Sequence record: PZ509022.1
Reading direction: 5' to 3' (one strand)
DNA length: 64,000 nt
From: a phage
The notes under the pieces were generated by a model. It did no database searches, had not been told where the DNA came from, and saw only the letters and a list, made by a program, of their open reading frames with translations. Positions 18,878 to 27,444 of this stretch are shown here, piece by piece (the stretch's first letter is position 1; the number at the start of each line of letters is the position of its first letter). The translations under genes were made by a program, and so were the position numbers.

Positions 18878-19786
18878 TTAAGATTTAAGTAAATCAACGA
18901 TTTTAATTAATTTTTCACGCTCAGATTTAGCTTTACTACTCAATCCAGATAGTCTGAAAATTTCATCATCATATTGCTGAATAGAAATATTTAGCTCTTC
19001 AATCTGCTTATTAAAATAAGCAATTTGTTCAGAATGTTTTTCATTACTGCGAACTGGTACAGGTTTTGTAGGTAATTTAGTTGAACTGGATTCATCTGGG
19101 CGATAAATTAAAATGCAATTTGAACCAATCGGACATTTAGCACCAGACACATATTCTAATATTCCGGCTTCTTTTAAAACTTCAAAAGCTAAACAGAGAT
19201 GATGCCCCATATTAACATAATCTGTAGAGCGAGCTCTGATGTAATAATCATCTCCACGAGTACTAAATTTAAAGCATTTAAGGTCTTCTGTATTATTGGT
19301 CTTAAAAATCATTTGTTTATCTAGACCTTTAGCTAATCGAGCGCCTAATGCTAATAATCGTCTTTGATTTTCCCACAAATCTGCGATCATTTGGTCAAAT
19401 GATAATTTCGGCATTAGTCGACCATAAAGGTCGTATCCTTTATTATAATTGCGAAGGATTTCACTCGCATTAATACGAGACAATGCTCCAATTTTATTAA
19501 GGGCTTTCATAATGCGATTAGATAAACCCATTCCAGACCCGTTTGTTCGCTGCAAATGTTTTTCTAATCCAAATCCAATATCAACTTTAAACTTATCTAA
19601 AATTTCTGCATGAACATCTCTGTCAATAACATTCAAATCCAAAGTTGGGTTAAATCTATGAAAAAATTTATCTGGCTCTCCACGACGAAGTACAGTCCAT
19701 TCATTTGATTTTTTATTAACTAAAGATTTAATTACTGCATTGACATTATTAATTACTACTGACATATTTTCCTCACTCAATTTCAA
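18878..19786 (-). CDS. Hypothetical protein, paralog family member 4
   Basis: 302-aa ORF; C-terminal coiled coil (QIEELNISIQQYDDEIFRLSGLSSKAKSEREKLIKIVDLLKS). Confidence 0.65.
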   Translation of the reverse strand: MKLSEENMSVVINNVNAVIKSLVNKKSNEWTVLRRGEPDKFFHRFNPTLDLNVIDRDVHAEILDKFKVDIGFGLEKHLQRTNGSGMGLSNRIMKALNKIGALSRINASEILRNYNKGYDLYGRLMPKLSFDQMIADLWENQRRLLALGARLAKGLDKQMIFKTNNTEDLKCFKFSTRGDDYYIRARSTDYVNMGHHLCLAFEVLKEAGILEYVSGAKCPIGSNCILIYRPDESSSTKLPTKPVPVRSNEKHSEQIAYFNKQIEELNISIQQYDDEIFRLSGLSSKAKSEREKLIKIVDLLKS

Positions 19787-20186
19787 TTTTAATTTTACTA
19801 AATACGCAGAATATGATGGAAAAGACTATATAAGCACCACACACAGATTGAACTAATACCATTCCAAAGAACCAAACAATATTATCAAACAATGTCTGTT
19901 TTACGTCGAAAGGACGTAAACTTACAGTAATATTATCGCCTTTTTCTATTGATGAATACATCTCTGGGGAAATATATTCACTAAATCTATAACCGTCTTT
20001 GAGTTCATATACGGCAATAAACGATAAACTAGACCCCTTTCCTTGAGTTCCTGTAAGGGTATTAACTACAGTAACATCATAATCTTTATAATGCATATAA
20101 TCATTAATTGCGTAATAACCATATGCAACTACTACGCATAAACAACATATCAATAAATTCAATCTTTTAATTATCAACTGTTTCAT
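19773..20186 (-). CDS. Membrane protein
   Basis: 137-aa ORF with hydrophobic segments at both ends. Confidence 0.6.
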   Translation of the reverse strand: MKQLIIKRLNLLICCLCVVVAYGYYAINDYMHYKDYDVTVVNTLTGTQGKGSSLSFIAVYELKDGYRFSEYISPEMYSSIEKGDNITVSLRPFDVKQTLFDNIVWFFGMVLVQSVCGAYIVFSIIFCVFSKIKIEIE

Positions 20187-20241
20187 AATAATCTCAATTA
20201 AAAGGGCTTAGAACCATTATACCATCCTTGGTATAAAGCGG

Positions 20242-20769
20242 TTATGCGAGTACCGTCTTTAACCGTTCTTCAAACTTCCGAAGAGTATTTTGGCGTTCAG
20301 CTCTTTGCTTTTTGTAAGTTTCAATACGCTCTGAAATGAGAGTGTATCGTTCATTTACTGATTCTTTCATAAAATCAGGAATTTCACGAGAAGCTTTAAT
20401 CTCATCAAATTTATCAATAACAGCTTGCTCTTCAGCAATTAAGTTATCATACATCAAAATATCTTTCTTGATGAACTCAATATCTTCTTGAGTTACACGA
20501 GATAATTTAGATGCTTTATCCTTTTTGTACTGTTCGTTAGTATCACGAGACCAGTGCAATGTACGATTTTTATTCGTATTTTTGTAAATTTCTACAATAC
20601 CAATCTCATCGATAATAACGATCCAATTCCAACGAGATTTGTAAATTTGTCCTCCGTCAACCGTGATTTCACCTCCGATTGAGATGTCATTAAAGAACTT
20701 ACTTTGTGCTTCAGATTTAAATTTACCATCGTTGTAATTTACCAGGTTGAAAATATCTTTAGCGTTCAT
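20242..20769 (-). CDS. Hypothetical protein
   Basis: 175-aa ORF with upstream early promoter and GGAGG ribosome-binding site. Confidence 0.6.
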   Translation of the reverse strand: MNAKDIFNLVNYNDGKFKSEAQSKFFNDISIGGEITVDGGQIYKSRWNWIVIIDEIGIVEIYKNTNKNRTLHWSRDTNEQYKKDKASKLSRVTQEDIEFIKKDILMYDNLIAEEQAVIDKFDEIKASREIPDFMKESVNERYTLISERIETYKKQRAERQNTLRKFEERLKTVLA

Positions 20770-20795
20770 TTTCTGTTCCTCCGTAGTTGATAGGG

Positions 20796-20828
20796 TAATA
20801 ATACCACGGAAGAACAGTCTTGTAAACC
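20796..20828 (-). promoter_or_regulatory. Sigma70-type early promoter on the minus strand
   Basis: Plus strand shows gtaaac at 20822-20827, a 17-bp spacer, and ataata at 20798-20803. Confidence 0.5.
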
Positions 20829-20829
20829 A

Positions 20830-21144
20830 CTAAAAGAAACTTCTTTCACAATTTTTTCCACTGAACCATGCGCTTACCGCTTTCTTAGTCTCAGGAGCAG
20901 TGTTATCCATAAACCATTCAAAGGCAGCCTTTTTATGATTCTGGAGGGCTTCTCGGGCTTTAATCTGCTCACGGTCTATTAACACTAACATATGAGCCTT
21001 TCTTGTCACCATGGGCTTCTTATGATTTTTTGAATACTCCCAGTCATTTGTCCATCGCATTGTCGTTGCGAACTTAAATACTGCTTCTTTAATTTTAGTT
21101 TCGTAAATTTCACGAGCCTTTGAGTATAACATCATTACCTCCAT
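20830..21144 (-). CDS. Hypothetical protein
   Basis: 104-aa ORF. Confidence 0.55.
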   Translation of the reverse strand: MEVMMLYSKAREIYETKIKEAVFKFATTMRWTNDWEYSKNHKKPMVTRKAHMLVLIDREQIKAREALQNHKKAAFEWFMDNTAPETKKAVSAWFSGKNCERSFF

Positions 21145-21233
21145 TCACCAGTTTAATTCTAGTCATCTTTTTAATGGCAGTCCATATAATCTATTTCTGA
21201 ACTGCCTTTTTGTCATAGAAGTCCTCTTATGAA

Positions 21234-22202
21234 TTATTTCAGAAGAGTAACCTCAGCAATTTCTTCCCAACCGTTTTTGTCGGTCATAATAAAGTCAGCA
21301 AGATAAAGAGCAGTACGCAGTGAAACATTGCGTAAACGGTTAACATTGACTTTCATCCATGATAATGCTTTATAAGTTTCTTCATCAGAAAGACCACGCT
21401 TTTGCATCATGTCGGTTGAAAGAATAACATCTTCAACCCTGACCATAATTTCTTCATTAGTGTGAACACCCAAATCCAAATAAACTGAGCGGGACACTAA
21501 TGCTTGTAAATGTGGAGCAAGTTTAGTACCACGGTCTAATTCGCGGTCAATGTCAACGTTTGTGATAAAAACAATCGTTCCTTTAAATTCAAACTCACGC
21601 TCAATGCCTTTTTCTTCTAAGTAAGAAGATGCAGTGCTCCAGCAGACTTTACGGGTCTCTCCAGTGTCCAGAGCAGCTTTCAGAAGATTAAGAATGTCCA
21701 TATCAGAGAAAACATCCACATCATCAATCAAAAGGACAGAATTCTCTTCACGATTATTCCAAAGCTGTTCATAAAGACCGATACCGGAGATTTTACCGTT
21801 AATGCTTTTATATTCAATGTATCCATTGTCATTTGCTTTATTTAAAGCTTTATCTAAAGAATACGTTTTACCAATACCCGCCGCACCAGAGATAATTAAT
21901 GAACGAATGTTTCCGTTAATAATACCATTCGTCATCATTCCCATAACATTAAATCTTTTATTAATGCGGGTTTTCATATCTTCATACGATTCTTTAACTT
22001 CTTCAACTTTTACACCATCATATGAAATGTCTGATTTGTAAACCCAAACGCCGCGACGCTTACCGTCAATTTCAACAAAAACTTTACCATCTCCTTGTGC
22101 ATCTACCGGAGCATTATCTGGGAACCATTCGCCTAAGAGCTCAAAAGTTCCAGAGATTTCTTTACCGAAGTAGATACCCTTATTGATAGTTACAGTTTTC
22201 AT
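21234..22202 (-). CDS. AAA+/P-loop ATPase
   Basis: 322-aa ORF; Walker A GAAGIGKT and Walker B VLLIDDVD. Confidence 0.7.
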   Translation of the reverse strand: MKTVTINKGIYFGKEISGTFELLGEWFPDNAPVDAQGDGKVFVEIDGKRRGVWVYKSDISYDGVKVEEVKESYEDMKTRINKRFNVMGMMTNGIINGNIRSLIISGAAGIGKTYSLDKALNKANDNGYIEYKSINGKISGIGLYEQLWNNREENSVLLIDDVDVFSDMDILNLLKAALDTGETRKVCWSTASSYLEEKGIEREFEFKGTIVFITNVDIDRELDRGTKLAPHLQALVSRSVYLDLGVHTNEEIMVRVEDVILSTDMMQKRGLSDEETYKALSWMKVNVNRLRNVSLRTALYLADFIMTDKNGWEEIAEVTLLK

Positions 22203-22259
22203 TTTATTCTCCTTTGATTTGATAGGACTACTATAACATAATCCTATCAGTTTGTATAC

Positions 22260-22460
22260 TTATTTTGACATTTCTTCGATGTCACGACGATACCCGTCAC
22301 GAACTTCACGAAGAGCTTCAAGGCCACACATAGGCTCGATACCTGTAATGTGAACTTGATTAATCTGATACTCTACATCTTCTAACTGAGCGAAAACATA
22401 ACGACGTTCAGCTGCACAACCAGATTTAGCTTTACCGAAACGCTTATTCAAAGTAGTCAT
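22260..22460 (-). CDS. Small hypothetical protein
   Basis: 66-aa ORF with an early promoter upstream. Confidence 0.5.
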   Translation of the reverse strand: MTTLNKRFGKAKSGCAAERRYVFAQLEDVEYQINQVHITGIEPMCGLEALREVRDGYRRDIEEMSK

Positions 22461-22496
22461 TTTGTATCTCCAATTTACTCATTTGTTTTGATAGGT

Positions 22497-22529
22497 CTAT
22501 AGTATCAACAACTACAGACCATGTAAACA
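22497..22529 (-). promoter_or_regulatory. Sigma70-type early promoter on the minus strand
   Basis: Plus strand shows gtaaac at 22523-22528, a 17-bp spacer, and atagta at 22499-22504. Confidence 0.5.
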
Positions 22530-22531
22530 AT

Positions 22532-22795
22532 TTATTTTAATTTTCGCCAAATTTTTACTGCTTCTCGCCTCGATACTTCTACGGCGCCAAGTTCTATAGC
22601 TTTTTGACGACGACTTGCACGTAAGTCATAATGTTTAATGCGTTTATCTTGAAACCAAGAACGTTTCATTCCTATTGCTTCTGCCATTTCGTGAAGCTCT
22701 TCAATATCTCCATCAGTGAACATATGACAATTTTTAGTTGGATGACCGCGAAGTTTCCATCCATGATTCATTAAAACATCTACGTAAACTGTCAT
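22532..22795 (-). CDS. Hypothetical protein
   Basis: 87-aa ORF. Confidence 0.55.
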   Translation of the reverse strand: MTVYVDVLMNHGWKLRGHPTKNCHMFTDGDIEELHEMAEAIGMKRSWFQDKRIKHYDLRASRRQKAIELGAVEVSRREAVKIWRKLK

Positions 22796-22941
22796 TGATT
22801 CTTCTCCAAATAAGTTTCGATAATTTTCTGGGCGAGATAAACCGCGTTATCTTCAGTTGCGTCTTCTAAGAAACTTTCAAAACACTCTGAAATTTCTTCT
22901 GTATCAATCAACTTTTTTACTTCAATTGGTGTAATTTTCAT
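22792..22941 (-). CDS. Small acidic hypothetical protein, about 49 aa
   Basis: Hand-translated ORF MKITPIEVKKLIDTEEISECFESF...; stop overlaps the downstream start (ATGA); early promoter just upstream. Confidence 0.4.
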   Translation of the reverse strand: MKITPIEVKKLIDTEEISECFESFLEDATEDNAVYLAQKIIETYLEKNQ

Positions 22942-22974
22942 TTTGTTTTCCGTTTAAGTGTTTGTTTTGATAGT

Positions 22975-23008
22975 TGTATAGTACCATAAAGCTTTATGCT
23001 TGTAAACA
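22975..23008 (-). promoter_or_regulatory. Sigma70-type early promoter on the minus strand
   Basis: Plus strand shows gtaaac at 23002-23007, a 17-bp spacer, and atagta at 22978-22983. Confidence 0.5.
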
Positions 23009-23037
23009 ACTTTGTGAAAAATTTTTGAAATAAAAAA

Positions 23038-23053
23038 GGAGCCCGAAGGCTCC
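23038..23053 (-). terminator. Rho-independent terminator (minus strand)
   Basis: GGAGCC-CGAA-GGCTCC hairpin followed on the minus strand by UUUUUU; directly after the stop of the 23057-24070 gene. Confidence 0.65.
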
Positions 23054-23056
23054 CTA

Positions 23057-24070
23057 TCATTTATAATAACTTCGATGGTTTTCGAGATACACCTTCTCAA
23101 GGAAGTCATCCCAGAAACTCATGTCTACTTTTTGCTGCATACCGTTCTTAGAAGCTTCAGTAGATGCTGCTTCTACTTGATCGACCACATCTTCCAAAAA
23201 CTCTTGAACCGTTTTAAATGGATGTTTACCCAACTTCACGTCGAGAATAAATGGAGCGTCTTGAAGTGGATAAACCAAGTCACCAGTTTTGTAAATTTCC
23301 AATAGTTGAAGTCCACCACGGCATGCATGGCTCAGAGCTTTCCAGTCAATGCCTTCATTGGCTTCGGCCTTACGAGCGCGTTCACCGTATTCAGCATCTA
23401 ATTTGTTCAGTGACTGCTTAAGCTCAATAAGAGAAAGCGTTGTCTGATATTTACGACCCAACACAGTGTAGAACGTTTGTGGGCCTGTTTTCTCATGATT
23501 ATGGAACACCCATTCACAGAATTCGTTTTCTGGAAGACGATGCTTAATATCTTCAACTTTAGTACGACGCTGCTTAATAGAACCATCTTCTTGGTAATCA
23601 ATCCATTGCTCAGGGATTTGATTAACTACTTTCAATACATCACGTAATGCAGCCAAACGAGAACCCTTGACGCCATATTTAGAAGCTTGCTTACGGACAT
23701 ATCCTAAATAGGATTTCATGTTAGTCGTATAAAAACGAGAACGGTTGTCTTGAATAAACTTCCACACATCAGGCAAATCAGATTTAACCACTAGTTCAGG
23801 TGGAGTGTGAAGCATATCCAATGCTACAGTTTCACCATCTGCTGCTAATTTAAAGAAATATTTAAGACTGTATAGTTCATGGTCAATATCATCTTTAGTG
23901 TTTTTAGATGATGTGTTGTTAGTGTTTTTACTCATGTGCTCTTTAACATTTCCGATAAGAATATCACGAGCAGGAGGAACAAAGATTTCTTTAAAATCTA
24001 CATCAGATTCTGGGGTAGAAGTTCCATAAAGATGACTACCAAAATAGCTTTTCATTACTGTTTTCATCAT
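23057..24070 (-). CDS. Pol-beta-superfamily nucleotidyltransferase-domain protein
   Basis: 337-aa ORF; N-terminal GS-x8-SDVD motif (YFGSHLYGTSTPESDVDF) typical of minimal NTase folds, followed by a roughly 250-aa helical region. Confidence 0.7.
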   Translation of the reverse strand: MMKTVMKSYFGSHLYGTSTPESDVDFKEIFVPPARDILIGNVKEHMSKNTNNTSSKNTKDDIDHELYSLKYFFKLAADGETVALDMLHTPPELVVKSDLPDVWKFIQDNRSRFYTTNMKSYLGYVRKQASKYGVKGSRLAALRDVLKVVNQIPEQWIDYQEDGSIKQRRTKVEDIKHRLPENEFCEWVFHNHEKTGPQTFYTVLGRKYQTTLSLIELKQSLNKLDAEYGERARKAEANEGIDWKALSHACRGGLQLLEIYKTGDLVYPLQDAPFILDVKLGKHPFKTVQEFLEDVVDQVEAASTEASKNGMQQKVDMSFWDDFLEKVYLENHRSYYK

Positions 24071-24528
24071 TCAGCCTTATATTCAATAACAGGACATACT
24101 TTAGCTTTACGAGCTTTTAAAAATTCGACGATAATCGATTTCTTGGGTTGAATAGGAGGTAAACCTTTATACGCCCTATCAATATTTTCTACGTGTAAAG
24201 CATAATCCTTTTTCCATTTATAATCTTTATATTTTTCACGCAGTTGTGCAGGAATAACAAATGAACCGATAATAAGTAAAACAAGCAAAATGGCAAGTAT
24301 AAATGCTGATGGAATAAGAGTCCATAAACTACCAAAAATAAGCCATTTCTGCATGATTTCTGCGCAGATAATAGTTAGACCTGCGAGTATAGTACATCCG
24401 AAAAAAGAAACGAAAAATGTAGGAATAACAATAGACCAAAAATACGCGCACAGTGTCTTAGGTCGTTGCCATTCATCGTTAAACAATTTGAATAATTTAT
24501 AGTGCCAAGAGTTTTCATTAATAATCAT
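24067..24528 (-). CDS. Small integral membrane protein
   Basis: 153-aa ORF with two or three predicted transmembrane helices; 4-nt overlap with the NTase gene suggests translational coupling. Confidence 0.6.
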   Translation of the reverse strand: MIINENSWHYKLFKLFNDEWQRPKTLCAYFWSIVIPTFFVSFFGCTILAGLTIICAEIMQKWLIFGSLWTLIPSAFILAILLVLLIIGSFVIPAQLREKYKDYKWKKDYALHVENIDRAYKGLPPIQPKKSIIVEFLKARKAKVCPVIEYKAE

Positions 24529-24530
24529 AA

Positions 24531-25052
24531 TTATCCTTTCATTGAAGGTGTAACAGTTGTTAAATACTTAATCATAGCTTCAGCTTCTGATTTTGATAAT
24601 GAAATTTCTCCATTGTTTTGACGAATAGAAATAAAATCCGGATGACGGTCACCACCAGCTTTTAAAACACACATATAAGTATCAACTTCATCTTCAATAT
24701 TTGAAATGATTGAAGCAGTTCCACATGAATGCGGTTTTTGATAAATCAATACAGCTTTTCTTCCACCGTTTGACTGTTCATAAACTTTTAACACATCAAA
24801 CAAATCACTTCTTTTATCAATAGCTAAAATGTTGTTTTCATCTTCAATGTTAAATCCTTCGGATACTTCATAAAGTGTCACCCATAAATCACCTATATCG
24901 ATAGTAGCATTTTCCTTTCCATGACTTTCAAGAGCATGACAAATTTTCTTGATTTCGTCATAACTCATTTTAATAATATCATCTCCTTGACTAAGGAAGA
25001 TGTCATTTTTAAATTCAACACGAATTAAACCACTTTCACTTGAAATAAACAT
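24531..25052 (-). CDS. Hypothetical protein
   Basis: 173-aa ORF. Confidence 0.6.
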   Translation of the reverse strand: MFISSESGLIRVEFKNDIFLSQGDDIIKMSYDEIKKICHALESHGKENATIDIGDLWVTLYEVSEGFNIEDENNILAIDKRSDLFDVLKVYEQSNGGRKAVLIYQKPHSCGTASIISNIEDEVDTYMCVLKAGGDRHPDFISIRQNNGEISLSKSEAEAMIKYLTTVTPSMKG

Positions 25053-25273
25053 ATTTCCTCACTTTGAAATCATAGTTGGAATAACAGAATCAAGATAAGT
25101 CTTTAGTGCAATAGCTTCGTCTTTGGTAAATGTGACAATATGTGCTCGAAAATCGTCAATTTGACGAATAGTTAAGACGTCTCCATCTTCATAGCATTTT
25201 GAAACATTTAAAATAGTTTCATCATTATGATTACAGGAGTTAGTAATAATAGCATTGCAATTTTTAAGCCATT

Positions 25274-25612
25274 TTAAACTATGTTTTCTTTCATTAGAAT
25301 AATAAAATATTTAATCTTAGTTATAAAATTATCCCAATTGTTAATTGATAAGCATATTGACTCGCTTTCAATATTAAATCCTAGGCATAAAGAATAGAAA
25401 TGAATTTTATGCTCATCATTAATGCTTACAATTTTATCAGTATAAGGTTTTTCAATTTGGGTTAAATGAATAATTTCGCTAGGCGTAAAATATAGCATAT
25501 CGTCTTCTTGCGTCAAACGATACATATTATTTACTTTTTCTATAGCCAATTCACCAAAAAATGAACTAACTTCTAATACTAATCGTTTCATATTAATCCT
25601 TTTTATTGGCAC
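25274..25612 (-). CDS. Hypothetical protein
   Basis: 112-aa ORF. Confidence 0.5.
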   Translation of the reverse strand: MPIKRINMKRLVLEVSSFFGELAIEKVNNMYRLTQEDDMLYFTPSEIIHLTQIEKPYTDKIVSINDEHKIHFYSLCLGFNIESESICLSINNWDNFITKIKYFIILMKENIV

Positions 25613-25871
25613 GAATTTGTTCTAAAATTTTAGAATATTCCTTTGTATCAGATTTACGTACAATTGATACACTATAAGGCATACTATCGGTGTCTTTTAT
25701 AAAGCGTTCCAAATGACACTCTAACAAAATTTCTGGATTATAAATCGTGTACATCAAATTACCTGTTGCTCCACGATATTGGCAGATTTCTACTGATTGA
25801 ACACCATTCCATAATTTTGTTAAAACTAAATCACCTACTTCTAATTTAGGAAAGCCCATGTTATTCACCAA
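25593..25871 (-). CDS. Hypothetical protein
   Basis: 92-aa ORF. Confidence 0.5.
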   Translation of the reverse strand: MVNNMGFPKLEVGDLVLTKLWNGVQSVEICQYRGATGNLMYTIYNPEILLECHLERFIKDTDSMPYSVSIVRKSDTKEYSKILEQIRANKKD

Positions 25872-26046
25872 TTAAAGTTTCAATATAAGAATCAAGATTT
25901 ACTTTAGCTTCTTCCATAAGAGTTTTGTATTTAATCTTGTTAGCATGTCCGGAGAAAGCTGATTCATCAATAATTGTTGATGTATGAACAGCTTTACTAT
26001 ACGTCTCAATTAATTCTCTTAATTTAAAAGCCTGCTCACTTGTCAT
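25861..26046 (-). CDS. Small hypothetical protein
   Basis: 61-aa ORF. Confidence 0.45.
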   Translation of the reverse strand: MTSEQAFKLRELIETYSKAVHTSTIIDESAFSGHANKIKYKTLMEEAKVNLDSYIETLIGE

Positions 26047-26176
26047 TACATACTCCTTTGAATAATATCAATAATGTTGTTCACCAGATTATAAGTAAAC
26101 ATTGGGTAATTATATTGAATCATCACATACACAACAAACAAAACTTTCATTCTCTTCTCCTTGGCAGTTGACAAGA

Positions 26177-26209
26177 TTACTATACCATAACCTTGTCAAC
26201 TTGTAAACC
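26177..26209 (-). promoter_or_regulatory. Sigma70-type early promoter on the minus strand
   Basis: Plus strand shows gtaaac at 26203-26208, a 17-bp spacer, and actata at 26179-26184 (TGGTATAGT extended -10 on the minus strand). Confidence 0.5.
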
Positions 26210-26210
26210 A

Positions 26211-26384
26211 TTAAATGGCGTTTTCAATAAAATTCTGAAGCTTTGTGTGAGCATCAACCATGATTTTCATTTCTTCTTTTGCGAAAGCTGTACCTCTTTC
26301 CCGAGCAGAATACTCATAGTCAGAAACTGCGTTAGCATATTCTTCAATTAGTTTCATTAAAAACATCTGCTTTTCAGTTTTCAT
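26211..26384 (-). CDS. Small hypothetical protein, about 57 aa
   Basis: Hand-translated ORF MKTEKQMFLMKLIEEYANAVSDYEY...; start overlaps the upstream stop. Confidence 0.35.
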   Translation of the reverse strand: MKTEKQMFLMKLIEEYANAVSDYEYSARERGTAFAKEEMKIMVDAHTKLQNFIENAI

Positions 26385-26568
26385 TATTCCACCTAATCAT
26401 TTCAAGATATTGAACTAACTTAGCTTTGGATTTATCCAAATCCTTTTTAGCTGCTTCTATACCGTCGTATGAATATCCTTCACAATGCTCAACTGCTAAT
26501 TGATATGAATCTATTTCAATATCACGTGCTAATTTAATGATTTTTTCAAACTGTTCGCGTGTTAGCAT
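26374..26568 (-). CDS. Small hypothetical protein
   Basis: 64-aa ORF. Confidence 0.5.
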   Translation of the reverse strand: MLTREQFEKIIKLARDIEIDSYQLAVEHCEGYSYDGIEAAKKDLDKSKAKLVQYLEMIRWNNEN

Positions 26569-26570
26569 AC

Positions 26571-26774
26571 TTAAACTCTCGTATTATGATCGATAATTTC
26601 ATCAAGAAACATATCTAACGCTTCTACAGCATTATTAACTTTATCTTCAAGTTCTTCAATACTTTTATTTGCAATTCCTGACGAAAACCAAGCAAAGTCA
26701 CTAAGTTCCTCATCTGCTTTACGAATTAAAGCTACCAATTCCTTAATTTTATCCGCTTGTTCGATACTAATCAT
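26571..26774 (-). CDS. Small hypothetical protein
   Basis: ORF trimmed to the Met of [14 protein letters not shown]... Confidence 0.45.
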   Translation of the reverse strand: MISIEQADKIKELVALIRKADEELSDFAWFSSGIANKSIEELEDKVNNAVEALDMFLDEIIDHNTRV

Positions 26775-26959
26775 TATTCTACCACATATGAAAGAGAGAA
26801 TATTGCACACGCCATGTGAGTTGCAACTTCATCACACATATTATAACGTTTCTTAAGAAGTTCTACAAGTTCTTCACTAGTAACTTCATCCATGTCGACG
26901 AAAAAATCACCATTAATGATGACGTAGATATTTCCTTCTTGATTGAGTGCTTCAATTTT
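26774..26959 (-). CDS. Small hypothetical protein
   Basis: ORF trimmed to the Met of MKIEALNQ...; AGGAG ribosome-binding site and promoter upstream. Confidence 0.45.
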
Positions 26960-26988
26960 CATGATGTTCTCCTCTTTATCTGATAGTT

Positions 26989-27021
26989 GTATAGTACCAC
27001 AACTCAAACGGAAAGTAAACC
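26989..27021 (-). promoter_or_regulatory. Sigma70-type early promoter on the minus strand
   Basis: Plus strand shows gtaaac at 27015-27020, a 17-bp spacer, and atagta at 26991-26996. Confidence 0.5.
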
Positions 27022-27035
27022 GGTAAAATGAAAAA

Positions 27036-27053
27036 AGTCTCCCGAAGGAGACT
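27036..27053 (-). terminator. Rho-independent terminator (minus strand)
   Basis: AGTCTCC-CGAA-GGAGACT hairpin followed on the minus strand by UUUUUU. Confidence 0.6.
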
Positions 27054-27057
27054 AATG

Positions 27058-27444
27058 TTATTCGAGGGAAAGAAGATACTTACTCTGGTAAAACATTCCA
27101 GTAATATCATCTATCGTGCTTTGAATGGCTGGAGGCATTTCTTTATAAATGCTGTTAGATTGGTCTAGTATGCGATCAATCATTTTAATTGTGTCGGTAG
27201 GAAGTTTACTGGCATCTGGAATTGAAGGTGTGTATTTTCTACCAGAATACCCCAAATATTGCTCACCAAATTTATCAATCAAATCTGGCAACTCGGAGAA
27301 AATAAAATCGTATGCTTTGTGTCTAGCATAATTTTTAGTTTCAAAATGTGCAGAATGAAAATAAGCTTGTGCAGCCATTAATAAACCTAAGTATTCATCT
27401 GCCTTTGAAGGTTTTCCACTTTGTGAAAAGTCGCTGAATTTCAT
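27058..27444 (-). CDS. Hypothetical protein (position of T4 rI.-1)
   Basis: 128-aa ORF directly downstream of rI. Confidence 0.55.
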
